Shown: piece after piece, positions 27,920-42,386 of the stretch
How the letters are laid out: every line of letters starts with the position of its first letter
Numbering within the stretch: position 1 is the first letter of the stretch
NCBI GenBank assembly: GCA_964016885.1
Contig: OZ024740.1
Location: 85,870,001-85,934,000, forward strand
DNA: 64,000 bases
Origin: Eledone cirrhosa
Taxonomy: Eukaryota
Direction: 5' to 3'
Program-made: the position numbers and the translations under genes
Notes under the pieces: generated by a model
Told to the model about the DNA's origin: nothing
Seen by the model: only the letters and a program-made list of their open reading frames with translations
Databases searched by the model: none

Positions 27920-28500
27920 GGATGTCATGGAACTGCCTATTTAAAAATGTATCTATAAATTTAGAAATAAAAAGAAATCAAAATATACTCATACATAAAA
28001 TACATACCGATATACATATAGACTTAGATGCTACACGTGGTGTCAAGTTTCTTACAGGTATAGTTGTTTCAAGGCACTGTTCGACCTGGCTGCTAGGAAG
28101 TCTAACAACATAGCGACATGTAGCACGTGTTGTTGATTCCATGTTTGTTGTGAGGGACTTACAATTAATAATATTCCTCTTATTTTTACGTTCAACAAAC
28201 GTCGCCTGTTGGCGTAATTGTTTCGCTGTGAAATAATTTAGCTCTGGGTGCATTTCGTCCCAGTGTAGCTTCATTCTATTCATATAGCCAATGGAGGGAT
28301 TGTTTTATTTGCCATTTTATAACAATTAAATAAATCATTATTAAGTTCGCAACTCCAAGTGAAATACGATTTATAATTTCGGTTTCTTCTGTAGCTACAA
28401 CTGAATAAAGTTTGATTACCTTCCTTGTTATTTGTCTTCGATACTTCCTTAATTTTGTTGTTGGTGTTGTGTTCAGCCATGTTGTTTGTAGCAAATCCTT
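27920..28500 (-). pseudogene. N-terminal fragment of an R4/Dong-type LINE ORF
   Basis: MNRMKLHWDEMHPELNYFTAKQLRQQA resembles MQRLKTLWNSKHPELDFSPKHLNEQA of the 46739-48112 ORF. Confidence 0.65.
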
Positions 28501-28796
28501 GTAAAATGAATTATGTATTTAGTCGGATATCTCTACGAATTCGAATAAAAGGTGTCTTCAGAAGGGATAGTTAGAAGAATAACCAGTTATTCAACCTGAC
28601 TGAAGTTGTGGCATTACTGTCGGAGATAGTATTCATCTTAAATTTAATAAATAGTCTCCCACGCCAAAATATGCGACCGATCGCGTTGACTGTGTTTTGT
28701 ATGTATGTATGTATGTATGTATGTATGTATGTATGTATGTATGTATGTATGTATGTATGTATGTATGTATGTATGTATGTATGTATGTTGTATGTA

Positions 28797-29565
28797 TGTA
28801 AGAAATTAGAGCGTTTCCTTCAGATGTGTCTCAGGCGGATCCATACCGTTCACTGGATGGACCACATCAATGATGTCGAGATTTTGGAAAGCTCTATGTG
28901 TGACAGTATAGAAGCTCTTGTGCTTAAGCAACGACTCCGTTGGAGTGGTCACTTTGCCAGGATGAAGGATTCTAGAATACCAAAACAACTCTCTTATGGA
29001 GAGTTGGTTAAAGGAAAACGACCGCCACATAAACCAAAACAGAGGTATAAGGATTCCTTGAAAGCCTCTTTGAAAGACGCTAACATCTCTGCTGATACCT
29101 GGGAAAATATTGCTGCTGATCGTAATAAATGGAGAAAGACTGTATATGAGGGAAAAGTTGCCTTTGAGGCATCTCGAATCGCATACGAGAAAGTAAAGCG
29201 GGATGTGAGGAAGGGCATTGCTGTTGCACTTCCAGACGACGAGAGTCCTCCTATGGTGATGACATGCAGCGTATGTGCGAGACTCTGCCTAAGCAAAGCT
29301 GGACTCGAAAGTCATCTTCGCAAGTCATAAAGTAAGACCAGTGGTTGACTACCAGGCTGCTGTTGGAGATGCTACTCATCATGCTTGCCAAACATGTGGT
29401 AGAGAATGTAAATCAGCAGGAGGGCTCAAGCGACATGCAAAAGTACATGAACTCCAACCTCAGCCGACTATTCCCAGTGAATGTTTTGGTTGTCGACTCT
29501 GTGCAAGACATTTTAGATCATTGGCTGGGCTAAAAAGCCACATTCGATCGCAGCGCTGTTAGTTG
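28797..29565 (+). mobile_element. 3' fragment of an RTE-clade LINE with three C-terminal C2H2 zinc fingers
   Basis: RLRWSGHFARM, RIPKQL.YGEL, RYKDSLK, DRNKWR, then CSVCARLCLSKAGLESH, CQTCGRECKSAGGLKRH and CRLCARHFRSLAGLKSH. Confidence 0.88.
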
Positions 29566-31460
29566 CTATCGTGTGTGTGTGTGTGTGTATAGCTATGTTT
29601 ATGTGTGCGCGTGTGTGTGCATATATATATGTATATGTATTTTATTATTGTTGTTATTATTATTATTATTATTGTTATTAATGTATATGTGTGTATGTAT
29701 ATGTATATGTGTGTATATATGTATATGTATGTGTGTATATATATATATTTCTTTTTTTTTATTTATTATTTTTTTAATGTATGTATGTATGTATGTATGT
29801 ATGTATGTATGTATGTATGTATGTATGTATGTATGTATGTATATGTGTGTGTGTGTATGTGTGTGTGTGTGTGTGTGTAAATCAGAATGGATTCAGTAAA
29901 AACCAGTTAGACTATTATTCACGAAAGCACTCGATACTTGGGGTAGTAAAGTGGGTAATATGAAAAATTCGGGATTCCGGCTCCTGCCGTTTCAACAGCT
30001 AGATCCAAACTCAGAGTTCGGATCTAGCTGTAGAAAACTAAAACGTCGGCGTGAAGAGATAATAAATTTATTTGCTTTGACATATGTTTCCGTGTCATTT
30101 TATAATATACAGAAACATATGTCAAAGCAAATAAACTCATACCCTTTTAACGCTGACGTTTTATTTTTCTTGGTGTCATACATGCTTATATTACATTATA
30201 TATATATATATATATTGTAACTCCAATAATAATAGGTGTGAACGTGAATGTGCACTTTGGGAACTAGATCTGCAAACTCCTCATCAATGATACGTAGATA
30301 ATTTACCAATCTAGTATTTTTCTTGCTACAGACATTGAGTTGGTCGCTGAATTCTACATCGGAACCTATTTTTAATGAGTGGTCACAAACAATAATATCA
30401 GGCTGGTTGTACGCTAAGTTGATGGTGGTTTATTTTTTAAGAATCATCAGATTCAACATATTCCTCTATATTTGTTATTTTTATCTTCCATAGTGAATTC
30501 CAGATTGTTCTGGTTACCACAGCATGCGTCATGGGAAGCAGTAAAGAGAAGACATTATTTTACGGTTGGCAATAATATGGCTAACATCTCCGGTCTTTGT
30601 TGTTTTGCACAACCTACCTTTATTGTCAACTGATGACTCTCGTCTTTTGATATAGTTTATAGTTTTCGATAGAAACGATTAGAGCTGAAGACAATGTAAG
30701 TTTGGGTGTGGGCTTGAGTGAAAGTGGTACACAATTACTAAGTCTAAATGTTCTCCGAAACTTTATTTATTGACTTAATCAGAGTAGAAAGAGCAACACA
30801 CATTATCCTCTTCAGGGGTTGAGAGATGCTAGAAGGATGAAATGATGCTATCCTTACACAAGTGTTTTGCTTTAAAGCATCCGACCTGTGTTAAACTACA
30901 CAAGAATAGGAATAGTTCCTCGTGTGGATTTGGAAAAGGATACTATCCTAAAGTAACACCTGCAGAATTTAACCAGAATCTGCGTAACTACGATGTAAAC
31001 GTCTTAAACCTACTGACATATTTACCCATGTTATCTATGGTCATTTAAAAAGCAATATTTCTTTCACATTACAGCGCTGATTCACAAGACAATGTAATAA
31101 GAAATTTCTAATAGCTTCCCAGATTAAAGCAAAATCTTTAGAAAGCATCATAAGTATTTTATTAAACTATAAATAATACCTTGTTTCCATAGATTTGGAT
31201 CGGTAGCTATATTATAATGTCGACAACCGACTTTAGTTAATGTTAGACTTTTTCTTCAGAAGGGACGTACGGGAAATTACACCGGAAGTATTATGTTGAA
31301 ACAAAGAAAAATCTGTCTGAAGACAAAGCTTCGATACAACCAAATAAATATATCATATCTACAGTTACATTTAAAAATATTAAGAAACTGTAGGACAAAA
31401 AACCTATTTTATCTTACTGAATAACATTCTACGGATTTTAGTCTTCAAATTTATTATTAT

Positions 31461-31515
<55 letters not shown>

Positions 31516-31739
31516 TGTATTGAAGTAAGTGAGACTGTCACTACTCTAAAACAATAGCGTAAGGTCTTCGAAATGCTTTTAATTAAGCATACAGTGTATT
31601 GCAAAATACACTGTATATACATTCATATATATATCGCTATTTCAGAGCACCGATTCTAATTTTCAATTTCTGAGGTACTTCTCACAATGTATGGTACCAC
31701 AACTTCGTGTCACTAACTCTCCTACTCAATGCTAACTGG

Positions 31740-32660
31740 GATTATGCAGTTGCAGTGTATATCTTTACTGAATTCGGTAGTGAATGCACATTGGGCTCGA
31801 TTTAATCAACTTTCTCCTTTCTTTTGAATGCGTAATTGATGTTCGCTTCCCAACGGACAGTAAGCCATCTTCACCACAAAACGAGGTCGGCTATTTTGGT
31901 GGTAAAAGGGGGAAAGTGGTATTTGCCATTCAGGACAATTGAAACCTTCCAAACCCCCTCCCATTTTTGGTCGATCTTTCTCTTGCAGTATTCTCCTTCT
32001 TTACAAAAACTTCATGTTGCTCTTCTCCACTACTTGTATTCTAACCTCTTCGCCTTCTCTTCCACTACATCAACCAATACACTGAGCACCAGATTATTCT
32101 GGCATGTGTATCTCTTCTTCAGGCCTAGTGTGCAACTGGAGAGTATGTCCCATCATTCCGACCTTCCAGCATTTTCACAGGCCACTGTTTTACTTTCCAA
32201 TGTTTTAGGTTTGATTATCTAAGGACTCCTAAAACCAGTCAAAATATGTCATAAACGAGTGTAGTATATATGAATATATACTACCAGTATTGCCATCACA
32301 GTTCCTACACAGCATTTTGAACCAGTATATAAATCCTTGATGACTGAGACAAACTTGGGTGGTATATATCATAAGCTCGCATGATGTTCTATAAGGATGG
32401 TCTGTGTAGGCTATCAAGTGTTCTAAGTAAAGTCAATGAATGTGACGGCAGGGGTATTTGGAATACTTTGTATTTCTTGATGATGTGTCGTAGAGTAAAT
32501 ATTTGATCGTCACGGAAGCATTTGGGTTGTTGTTCACACATGATATGATCGACTGCTTCTTTCATTCGATTCAGGATAACCTTGTAGTACAACTTTCCTG
32601 GTATGCATAGAAGTCTTACTCTCCTCCAGTTGTCACATTCTGCAAGATTACCCTTTTTGC
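31740..32660 (-). pseudogene. Heavily degraded RTE-type RT fragment
   Basis: Remnants such as KKGNLAECDNWR and YYKVILNRMKEAVD...DQIFTLRHII. Confidence 0.65.
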
Positions 32661-33110
32661 TCCATTCTTCCAGTCCTCCGGTGCCTCACCTATATTCCAG
32701 ATCTGGTTGTATAACTGGCACATCCTATATAGAATATATTAGTGAACGACTTCATTTATACCATAAACGTGGTTTTGTCTTTGCGTGTATTTGTTCTCAT
32801 CGCACCACATAACGACGTTTTATCTACGCTTTTTTTCCGTTCATTGCCAGGGAACGTCTTCACGAACCAAAGTATCGTCTTCCTGTTTTCCTTCAGTTGC
32901 AATGATTTTTGAAATTTTTACTTCTGCGTTCACAGATTGATTTTTTTAGTTTCAGAAGATCCCGTTAAGGGTGAAAGCATCGATTCTTTGCTTAAACTTT
33001 AATATGTTATTTTAATAAATATTTGTTCTACGGTTCTTATATATTTGATATATATTTATCTTTATCGAGCCCTCTTTGGATTTTAGTCTCCAAATTTATT
33101 ATTATTACTA

Positions 33111-33590
<480 letters not shown>

Positions 33591-33607
33591 ATATAATATA
33601 AATATAT

Positions 33608-33704
<97 letters not shown>

Positions 33705-33928
33705 TAATTTAATATATCAAATAACATAAGCGCACAGATGCACGCCCATGCCAGCAAATACACAGGTTATGTCATAGTACCTAGGTGGTTCAATGCAGGA
33801 GAATGCAGAACAATAATATAAAAGACGTAAAATAAGAAAATATTTTTCAAAAAAATTTTAAAAATTATTATTATTTTTATATGAGCCGCCAGTGTCCGCG
33901 CATTGCCTGGAGACTTAACTGAGAATAG

Positions 33929-34010
33929 ACTCCCTGATGACGCAATGAATTCTCGACAGTTGGATTACGTAACTGTCTTTATCCCATTGCAGAAACTAAT
34001 TAGTTGGAGT
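33929..34010 (+). ncRNA. Type I hammerhead ribozyme with extended stem II
   Basis: actcc-CTGATGA-c-GCAATG...gacagtt..aactgtc...CATTGC-a-GAAAC-taatta-GTT-ggagt. Confidence 0.82.
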
Positions 34011-34486
34011 GAAAATTTAAGTAAGTAAGTAAAAAATTTTTTAAAAATTTTTTTGAAAAATATTTTCTTATTTTACGTCTTTTATATTATTGTTCTGCAT
34101 TCTCCTGCATTGAACCACCTAGGTACTATGACATAACCTGTGTATTTGCTGGCATGGGCGTGCATCTGTGCGCTTATGTTAGTTGATATATTAAATTATC
34201 TATATTTATCTCCAAATCACTGATTTGTCGAGCAAACTTGCCAAAACCACTTCTAAAAAAATTTTTTGGGGTGTTAGTAGGCGTCAGTCATCTTACCATC
34301 CCATTCCTTCTAACTAGCCTCTGTGTCACGTGATTGATTCTTTAGAATCGGCCATTTGACCTGAAGCAGTGAGAATTTCGGTACATAGAATCCAGTCCTC
34401 GCCAGCTGTTCGATCTACTGAATTATTATTATTTTTATATGAGCCGCCAGTGTCCGCGCATTGCCTGGAGACTTAACTGAGAATAG

Positions 34487-34568
34487 ACTCCCTGATGACG
34501 CAATGAATTCTCGACAGTTGGATTACGTAACTGTCTTTATCCTATTGCAGAAACTAATTAGTTGGAGT
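34487..34568 (+). ncRNA. Type I hammerhead ribozyme (second tandem copy)
   Basis: Same as 33929-34010 with one C>T change that leaves a G-U pair in stem II. Confidence 0.82.
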
Positions 34569-34635
34569 GAAAATTTAAGTAAGTAAGTAAAAAATTTTTT
34601 AAAAACTTTTTTGAAAAATATTTTCTTATTTTACG

Positions 34636-34692
<57 letters not shown>

Positions 34693-34698
34693 CATATA

Positions 34699-35277
34699 CC
34701 TCAGCGAACTAACCATATTCACTGAACCAGAACAATTCTCCCATCCCATTTCTCTTGACCATTATCTTTTGCTTGTCATAAAATTCTCTAAAAAGGCTAC
34801 AGAATAGATTTCCAAATACGGGCGCAAAATTTAATGAAAACTTGTTCACGTGACAGCCATAATTTCATTTATAACCAATCAAATTATGTTTATTAAAAAA
34901 CACCCTTCGTGAGCTCCTTTTTTTAAGTAAAAAGAAATTCACCCCCCCCCCCCACACACACACACACACAAGCACACAAATAAACATACATATCTTTACA
35001 TTCTTTATTTCAATAGAAAATCTGAATTCCGACACCCCAGCGAACTAACCATATTCACTGAACCAGAACAATTTTCCCATCCCATTTCTCTTGACCATTA
35101 TCTTTTGCTTGTCATAAAATTCTCTAAAAAGGCTACAGAATAGATTTCCAAATAAGGGCGCAAAATTTAATGAAAACTTATTCACGTGACAGCCATAATT
35201 TCATTTATAACCAATCAAATTACGTTTATTAAAAAACAGCCTCCGTGAGCCCCCCTTTTTAAGTAAAAAGAAATTCA
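34699..35277. repeat. Direct duplication of about 240 bp
   Basis: cagcgaactaaccatattc...aagaaattca at about 34702-34941 and 35038-35277. Confidence 0.9.
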
Positions 35278-35496
35278 AACACTCATATATGAAAAAAACA
35301 ACCTGTGCCCCCCCCCTTGTTTGTGAAGAACTTTGTAACGCGAACTGGCGCGAAATTTATTATAATTGTTGACCAACCAATCAAATTACTTCTCTAAAAA
35401 CCTGGCCTTTCGAGCCACTTTTTTCCATATAAAACAAGTAACATTCAAAGACCAACCAGATGTGAGAAAAACCACAGACCATCCATCTCAACTCTA

Positions 35497-35532
35497 CTTT
35501 TGAAAAGCAGAAGAACTGCGAAACCGGTAAAG
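35497..35532 (+). ncRNA. Minimal hammerhead-like motif with U3-A8 core variant
   Basis: ctt-TTGAAAA-gcag-aagaa-ctgc-GAAAC-cg-GTA-aag, with palindromic ACCGGT. Confidence 0.55.
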
Positions 35533-36757
35533 GAACCAAATAAATATATATATTTTTTTTAAAATAAGACTCCAGTTGCATTTTCGATTTCATCTTTTTT
35601 TCTTCTACATACATATATATATATATACATATATATATACACACATATATATGTGTGTGTGTGTGTGTGTATGGGTGTGTCTGTGTCATTGTCATTCTAT
35701 AGAATGCCAGCATCTTGTAGCAGTACCCAACTATAAAGACTAGTTGTTGCCAATCTTCACACATGTACATGGAAGTAGAAAGTTAAATTTTCATGTTATA
35801 AATCTTCCAAAATTAGTTTTTATGTGGAGACAGTCTGTATAATTCTGTTTATTTTGACTTTGAATAAGCTGGGATTTCTTTTAGAAAATTCCATTGTTTA
35901 TGTGCTGGGATCTACGACTTCAGGACACACTAATGTAAATCATGATTTCATTGTGAATATTCTAAAGATCCACACTGGAAATATTAACAATGCCGAAAAA
36001 CAACTGATATATGGATGTAAATTTACTATAGGAAACTTTCATATTTCATTGTTGAATTCGCAGAAACTGCTGCTTTTTTATCAAAAGAGCATTTACAACT
36101 ATGGTCTCTTTGACGCCTCTGTTGCACGCAATGAACAGTACATATAACCAGGTATTACCCCCCCCCCACTCCCTCAAAGAAAATCTTATTCGTATAAAAT
36201 TGTTATGACAATAATTATTCGTATGAAAGTGCTGACAACAATTATTTGTATAAAACTGCTCTGATCAAAGAATATCCCATCAGAAATTTTAAAATATGGC
36301 AGCTGGAATGTTTCTCTTTCAAGAAAACAATATCCGTTGTACTAACATTTCAATACTTGACAGGATTGTAGAGGAATTCTGGTACATAAATATCAAATCA
36401 TTCAAGCTCTTGGCATCAGCCAGTTGCTTCTACAGAAATGGACATATTGGCAGTCGCTAACTCTAAAACAATGTCTAGAAAACAGAACAGGATTACGATC
36501 TTCCCGGATTGTTGCATGTTATTACAGAGACTGCATCTGCTAAACAACAGCAGTAGAAAAATACATTAAAAATGTGCTCAACATAGGTCTTTAAACAAAA
36601 AATCAACTCGAATTTGTAAGAGTTAGAGTAAGCAAATAAAATCGGCATAAAAAGCAGTTATGGCTGTGTAGTTAAGGATTTCATTTGGGCAATAGTCTCG
36701 GATAACTAACGTCATGTGAGTGAAATTTGGTTGATGGAAACTGTGTGGAAGCACATC

Positions 36758-36903
<146 letters not shown>

Positions 36904-36918
36904 TGTGTGTGTGTATGT

Positions 36919-36968
<50 letters not shown>

Positions 36969-37599
36969 TGTGTGTGTGTGTGTTCTGCAAGTCACTTAAC
37001 CTAGCGGTTTGCCAAAAGTGAATGGCAAGATAAGTACCAGGCATTAAAATATAGATACGGGGATCGATATGGTCGGCTAAATCCTTGAAGTCGGTGCCCC
37101 AGCAAAGCTGCAAGACAATGACTGAAACAAGTAGAAGAATGACAACTTCATACAAATACTTATTCATACTACATTCCATTCCTAAGTTTCATGCCACGAG
37201 AGCGATGTCAAAAGATCTAATTGTCTTTAGTACCATAAATGTGATGTAAGTAGAGTTTTAGATCACTTACAAAATGTATCTTCTTCTTTTCTATTGATGA
37301 AAGTAAGATGATTTGGTATTCTGTAATCAATTGAGAAACAAATAGTAAACTAAATTCATTTCAAATTCCTACACCATAGCAACAAAACAGAACAATCATC
37401 CCCTTCAGATACTCCTGTAAATATCAAATTCCAAATTCTAGTTAAGACTGTTGCAGTGTTTCAGTTCTTAGCGACAGCTGCGTGAAGCATATTAAATCAG
37501 TCTTCTAAATGTATCAACTCTACAATGTGCAACACCTCTAATGAAATATAAAAGAACGATAAATTCAAACTCTTGATTATATTCTAGCTTTATTTGTGG

Positions 37600-38410
37600 G
37601 TTGTGAATAAGCTGAATGGACAAAATGTCTTGCGTTACTGGATTTATTCTTTATGTGTTGGGTCAAATCCGACCGATGCCAAGTTTGTCTTTCATTATTT
37701 TAGGATTGGATTAGCAGAGTCGTTAGACAAATGCTTAGCAGTATTTGTTATGCCTCTTTACGTTCTGAGTTCAAATCCCACCGAGATCAATATTGCCTTT
37801 CATTCCCTCTGGGTCGATGAAATAAAGTACCAGTAACGCATTAGGGTCGATTTAATCGATGTCTCCCTACCCCCAAATTGTTGGCCTTGTGCTTAAATCA
37901 GAACCAAGGGCAGTGGATTGGCAATATCATTAGAGCGTCGGACATGTTTTATGGCATATAATTACGTCCATTTACATTCTACGTTTAAATTCCACCGAAG
38001 TTACTTTTGCCTTTCATCCTTACGTAGTCGATAACATCGATTTTCCCCTCCCTCGAAATTGTTGACCTTGTGCCGAAATCAGAAACCATTATTTTAGGAT
38101 TGTATTGACAGAGTCGTTAGATGGTCAGACGAATGCTTAGCAGTATTTGATACGCCTCTTTACGTTCCGAGGTCAACTCCCACCGATGTCAACTTTGCCT
38201 TTCATCGGGATCGATAAAACTGGTGTCAATCTAATCGGATTCTCCCCACCTTCAAATTGCTGGTCTTGTGCCAAAAGTAGAAGCAATTACTTTAGGTTGG
38301 ATAAATGGAGTGTCAACTGTGGTAGACTAACGGTATTGTTAGAACGTCTCTCTTTATATCGTCTTTTTTGGCTTCCGTGCATGTTAAACATATCCACGGC
38401 CGGACTTTAT
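37600..38410 (+). mobile_element. Head-to-tail array of 4-5 diverged SINE copies (about 190-bp unit)
   Basis: Recurring gttcaaatcc.accga (B-box-like), tttgcctttcat, gtcgataaaa and ggccttgtgc..aaatcagaa. Confidence 0.75.
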
Positions 38411-39199
38411 TCCACCACATTACACACGGAAGCTTTAAGCACAACCCAATCTGTTGAAAACATTAAAAATAACTGCTTTCTTCCCACCAGCCTCGGAAGC
38501 CCTGAAAAAGTTTATAACATTGTTCTTTTTCCTGACTAATCGATGAAAAGATTTTGTTAGGCTTCCATTGGAAGGCTTTGCCTTTAAGAAAAATAGCCGT
38601 ACACTGTATGCTCTCCACCTGATCAAGAGTATTCCAGCTTCCTCCATCCTATGATGTTTTAGAATACATTAGAAATGCATTATCTAATGTGTATATCCTT
38701 GTTTAATGTGCGGTAGTTTAATTTGAGTGGATTTAACTACGGTTCCGAGCACGAAAAGGGATAGAATAGTAGTTTCATCATTGGAGCAAGTTTGTCCTTC
38801 ATGGTGTTTGCTTTGCAGTGGACCTCGAGAGACAGGGTTAAGCAATCTGCATACAGATTATACCTGACATTTAGGTATGTTACAGCTATGTATTTCATTG
38901 ACATATGTGTTTCCTGTTTCTTAACTAGTGCTGTCTTTACAATCTAATTAGACAATCTCAACGTCCTCTTAACTAAGGAAGCACGTTGATAACTGTCTGT
39001 CAGTCGAATTAGAATTTGTTTTTTTGCAGTATATAGTTAGAAGCTATCTATACTCTCTCTCTCCCTCTCGCCTTCTTGCTCTCTTACTCATTCACTGATT
39101 TATACACACACACTCGCTCTCTTACTTTTATCCTTCAAATTCCTTCAGCGTGGAAACAAAGCTTCTTCGTTGGAATCAAGAGATAAACGATGGATTTAG

Positions 39200-39265
<66 letters not shown>

Positions 39266-39267
<2 letters not shown>

Positions 39268-42200
39268 AAGGCGGGTAAAATTCCCGAGATCCATGGACGA
39301 GTTCTCTCCAGCGGTCTCTGTCCCTCATTATCGCTGCCATATCCTGCATCTCCAACAGACCAGTGTCTGTCCTTAGGGCATCAACATATGTTAACCTTGG
39401 TCTTCCTCTTCTAGTGTGTCCATGTAGGGGCTCCCAAAGGAGCACTGAGTGCAATGTCAACTCTGGATGTCGGTGAGCATGTCCAGCCAACCTCAGTCTC
39501 CTCTGTGTCACTTTTGAGCTGACTTTTGGGATGCTCCCATACAGCTCTGAGTTTTTCATCCTCAGTGTATACTGATTAATGTTCAGAGCCATCCTCAGCA
39601 TTCTCGTGTAGCACCCATCCACCATCTGAGTGAGTCTCTTGGTCAGTGTCCAAGTCTCAGACCCATACAGCAGCACAGACTCCACTGCAGCAATGAAGAG
39701 GCGGATTTTCAGGTATCTACGAAGGTCCGACTTCCACACCGATCTCAAGCTGTGACACGCCGCCCAGGCCTTGCTCTTCCTCCCAACCACATCATCTTCC
39801 GTATTCCCAATCTTTGCTCCCAAATACAGGAAGTCCTCAACCAATTCCAGCGGCTTCCCGCCTACATTAGTGATCCCCTCTGGCTTCTCAACATTCTCCA
39901 CCAGATATTTTATTTTAGTCTCATTCATTCTCAGCCCCACACTCATCGACACAGTCTCAACCTCCCGCATCAAATCCTCTGCCTCCTTCACTGTATTTGT
40001 CACCAAAACTATGTCGTCGGCAAATTCAGCATCCGATACCTTTTTCGCCCCAACTCTCCTGCTCTGAGCCGGTGCTACAGTAAAGCCAGTGTCCTGGTAT
40101 TTCTCCAGTGCAAGGCGCATACAATAGTCAACTACGATGATAAAAAGGTAGGGAGCCAATGTATCTCCCTGGAGCACTCCAGCCAGTATCTCAAAGAAAT
40201 CTGTCATCCCATCAGGTGTAATGACTTGGGCTTTGGTGTTGGTGTAGAGCAGTGATATCAGGTCCACTATCCTCTTGGGGATTCCATAAGCCTGTAAGAT
40301 CTTCATCAAGCAGTAACGGTCCACAGAATCAAAGGCCTTCCTAAAGTCAATGAAAACCATGACCGCAGGAAGGCACTTTGCTCTAGCTCCCTCTAATATC
40401 CTCCTCAGCATCAGGATGTGACTGGTGGTTGATCTACCCTCTCTGAAGCCGTTCTGGTTGTCCCTGAGCTTCTTCTCCATCTCAGGCTGGATCCTGTTAA
40501 GAATCATCCTGTTGAGGGTCTTTGCCACAAGTGACGTCAGTGAGATCCCCCGGTAGTTGTTGGTGTTAGAGAGATCTCCCTTCTTTGGCACTGGGACGAT
40601 GTTACTGATCCTCCACTGATTCGGGGCAACTCCTTTCTCCAGTGCCCCGTTACAGAACCCCAGGATGATATCATCAAAATCACACCTCTTCATCACCTCT
40701 GATGCCACTCCATCCTCTCCATGAGCCTTGCCCTCCTTGATCTTCTTCTTGGCTCTCTGAAGCTCCTCTCTGGTGAAGGGCTCTGTCTCAACACCCAGTC
40801 CCTCAAACAGCCGCCTGATCTCCCCACTGCTCTGGGCTGTGGAGGGTGGCTCTCCTAGTAGGGTCCTAAAATGGTCTAGCCATTTCCTCTTCCTATCCTC
40901 GGGCCCCGTTCCCTGGATCTGACTCGAACACCTTTTCTTCCTCCCTGTGATCTCGTTGATGATCATCCAGCTCTTCTTACATCCAGATCTGTCAACCGCT
41001 CTCTCCACACTTCTGATCTTCTCTATCAGTGCCTCCTCTCTGACCTCAGTGTAAGCGGTACAGAGCTCTTCCCTCATCACCTCCACAGTCTCCATCCTCT
41101 CCTCCGTAGGATCAGCATAGAATTGGTCCCTGGCAGCTTTCAGGTGTTCTCTGGCTGCACACACTTTTGGGTTTGCAGAGCTGACGTGCTTCCCTTTGTT
41201 CTTTTTCCTCGGCACCAGGGTTTCACTTGCTTTCGCCACTGCATTGGTGAAGTGCCCGTACCTCCTCAGTCCATCCAATCTCTCTCTCCTCTGACTCTCC
41301 ACACAGAGCACTAAACCTGTTTCTCACTTCCACTGTGAACCTCTCCTGTAGCTTATCATCTTCCTTGAAAGCTCCCCAGTCATAGATTGTTCTCCGGGGC
41401 TGAGCCTTGCTCTTTCTTAAGCTCACGCGGACCTCACTCATAACAAGCCGGTGGTCACTACCCAGTGTACTGAAATAGCTGTATGGTTCCGTGTTCAGAA
41501 CACTATTCCGCCACTTTTTCCTCACCAGAATGAAATCAATCTGGGACTTGGACAGGTGCATATCTGAGATGTAGGTCCACATCTTCCCCAGATTCTTCCT
41601 AAACCTTAGGTTGGTTGCCATCAAGTTCGCCTCCAGCAGGGTGTCTCTCAGTAGTCTTCCATTTCAGTTGGTGTTGTTATGGAAGTACCAGCAAGGATCT
41701 TCACTGCCCTCCTTACTCAGATGTGCATTGAAGTCCCCCAAAACAAGCAGGATATTGTGTGCCTGAGTGGTGTTGACAGCCCCACACACCTCCTCATGGA
41801 ACTCCTCGGCATTCACATCACTGTCCCTCTCGGTTGGACTATAGGCTGAGATGACTGTCAGTCTTGGGTTTCCATTGAAGGTCACCCTCAACACTCGCGG
41901 GGAGATAGGCATTATTTCCCTCACCAACAGATTGGTTTTTGCACTGAACACAAAACCCACTCCTCCTACTGCAGCATTTGTTGTGTTCTTCACTGCCGAT
42001 GTAGTGATGAGCTGGCTCTTCCTCCCGATCATCACACTCCTCACGGGCTCATCGTGTAGAATCCTGTGTTCTTGGATCGCAAGTATCTGTATACCACTCT
42101 CCTCGAACAGATGTCCCAACTCCTCTCTCTTCTCCAGCGTTCGAATAGTCCTCACATTCAAAGTGCCCATTTTGATGGCTCTTCTGCAGGACAAAACTGC

Positions 42201-42386
42201 ATTCTTTATATTTGTCTCAGAGACAGCTGATCCATCATCCACTGGCCCTCTCTGTGGCTCTAAGCCAGCAGAGTCATAACGACCAGGGTGCTCCTTGACA
42301 GTGTAATTAGGGGCTCTAACCCTAGTGCTGTTAGATCGACTCTCCATATTTCTTTTCAATGGCTGACAATACCTTACCGGCGCCAC
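39266..42386 (-). pseudogene. APE endonuclease plus reverse transcriptase (frameshifts near 41664 and 41280)
   Basis: GTLNVRT, QEHR, YSPT, GDFNAH, IDFILV, SDH; YRGISL, QNGFR, IDFRKAFD, GVLQGDTLAP, FADD, FLYLG, RLRLAGH. Confidence 0.95.

Larger units (their letters stand above)
33702..34641 (+). mobile_element. ORF-less partial-tandem element (558-bp unit) with 5' inversion and two hammerheads; relative of 16805-17553
   Basis: About 33865-34083 is repeated at about 34423-34641. 33702-33862 is an inverted copy of about 34040-34202. (TA)n flanks. Confidence 0.88.

Noticed and set aside
32955-32990. cagaaga-tccc-gttaa-ggg-t-gaaa hammerhead-like string
   Set aside because: Core U4 is mutated and stems I and III do not pair; at best a relic.
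35790-36500. Possible eroded R4/Dong RT fragment
   Set aside because: Only faint peptide resemblance with no intact diagnostic motif.
38435-38660. Possible host exon in non-repetitive sequence
   Set aside because: No recognisable domain and no clear splice boundaries.
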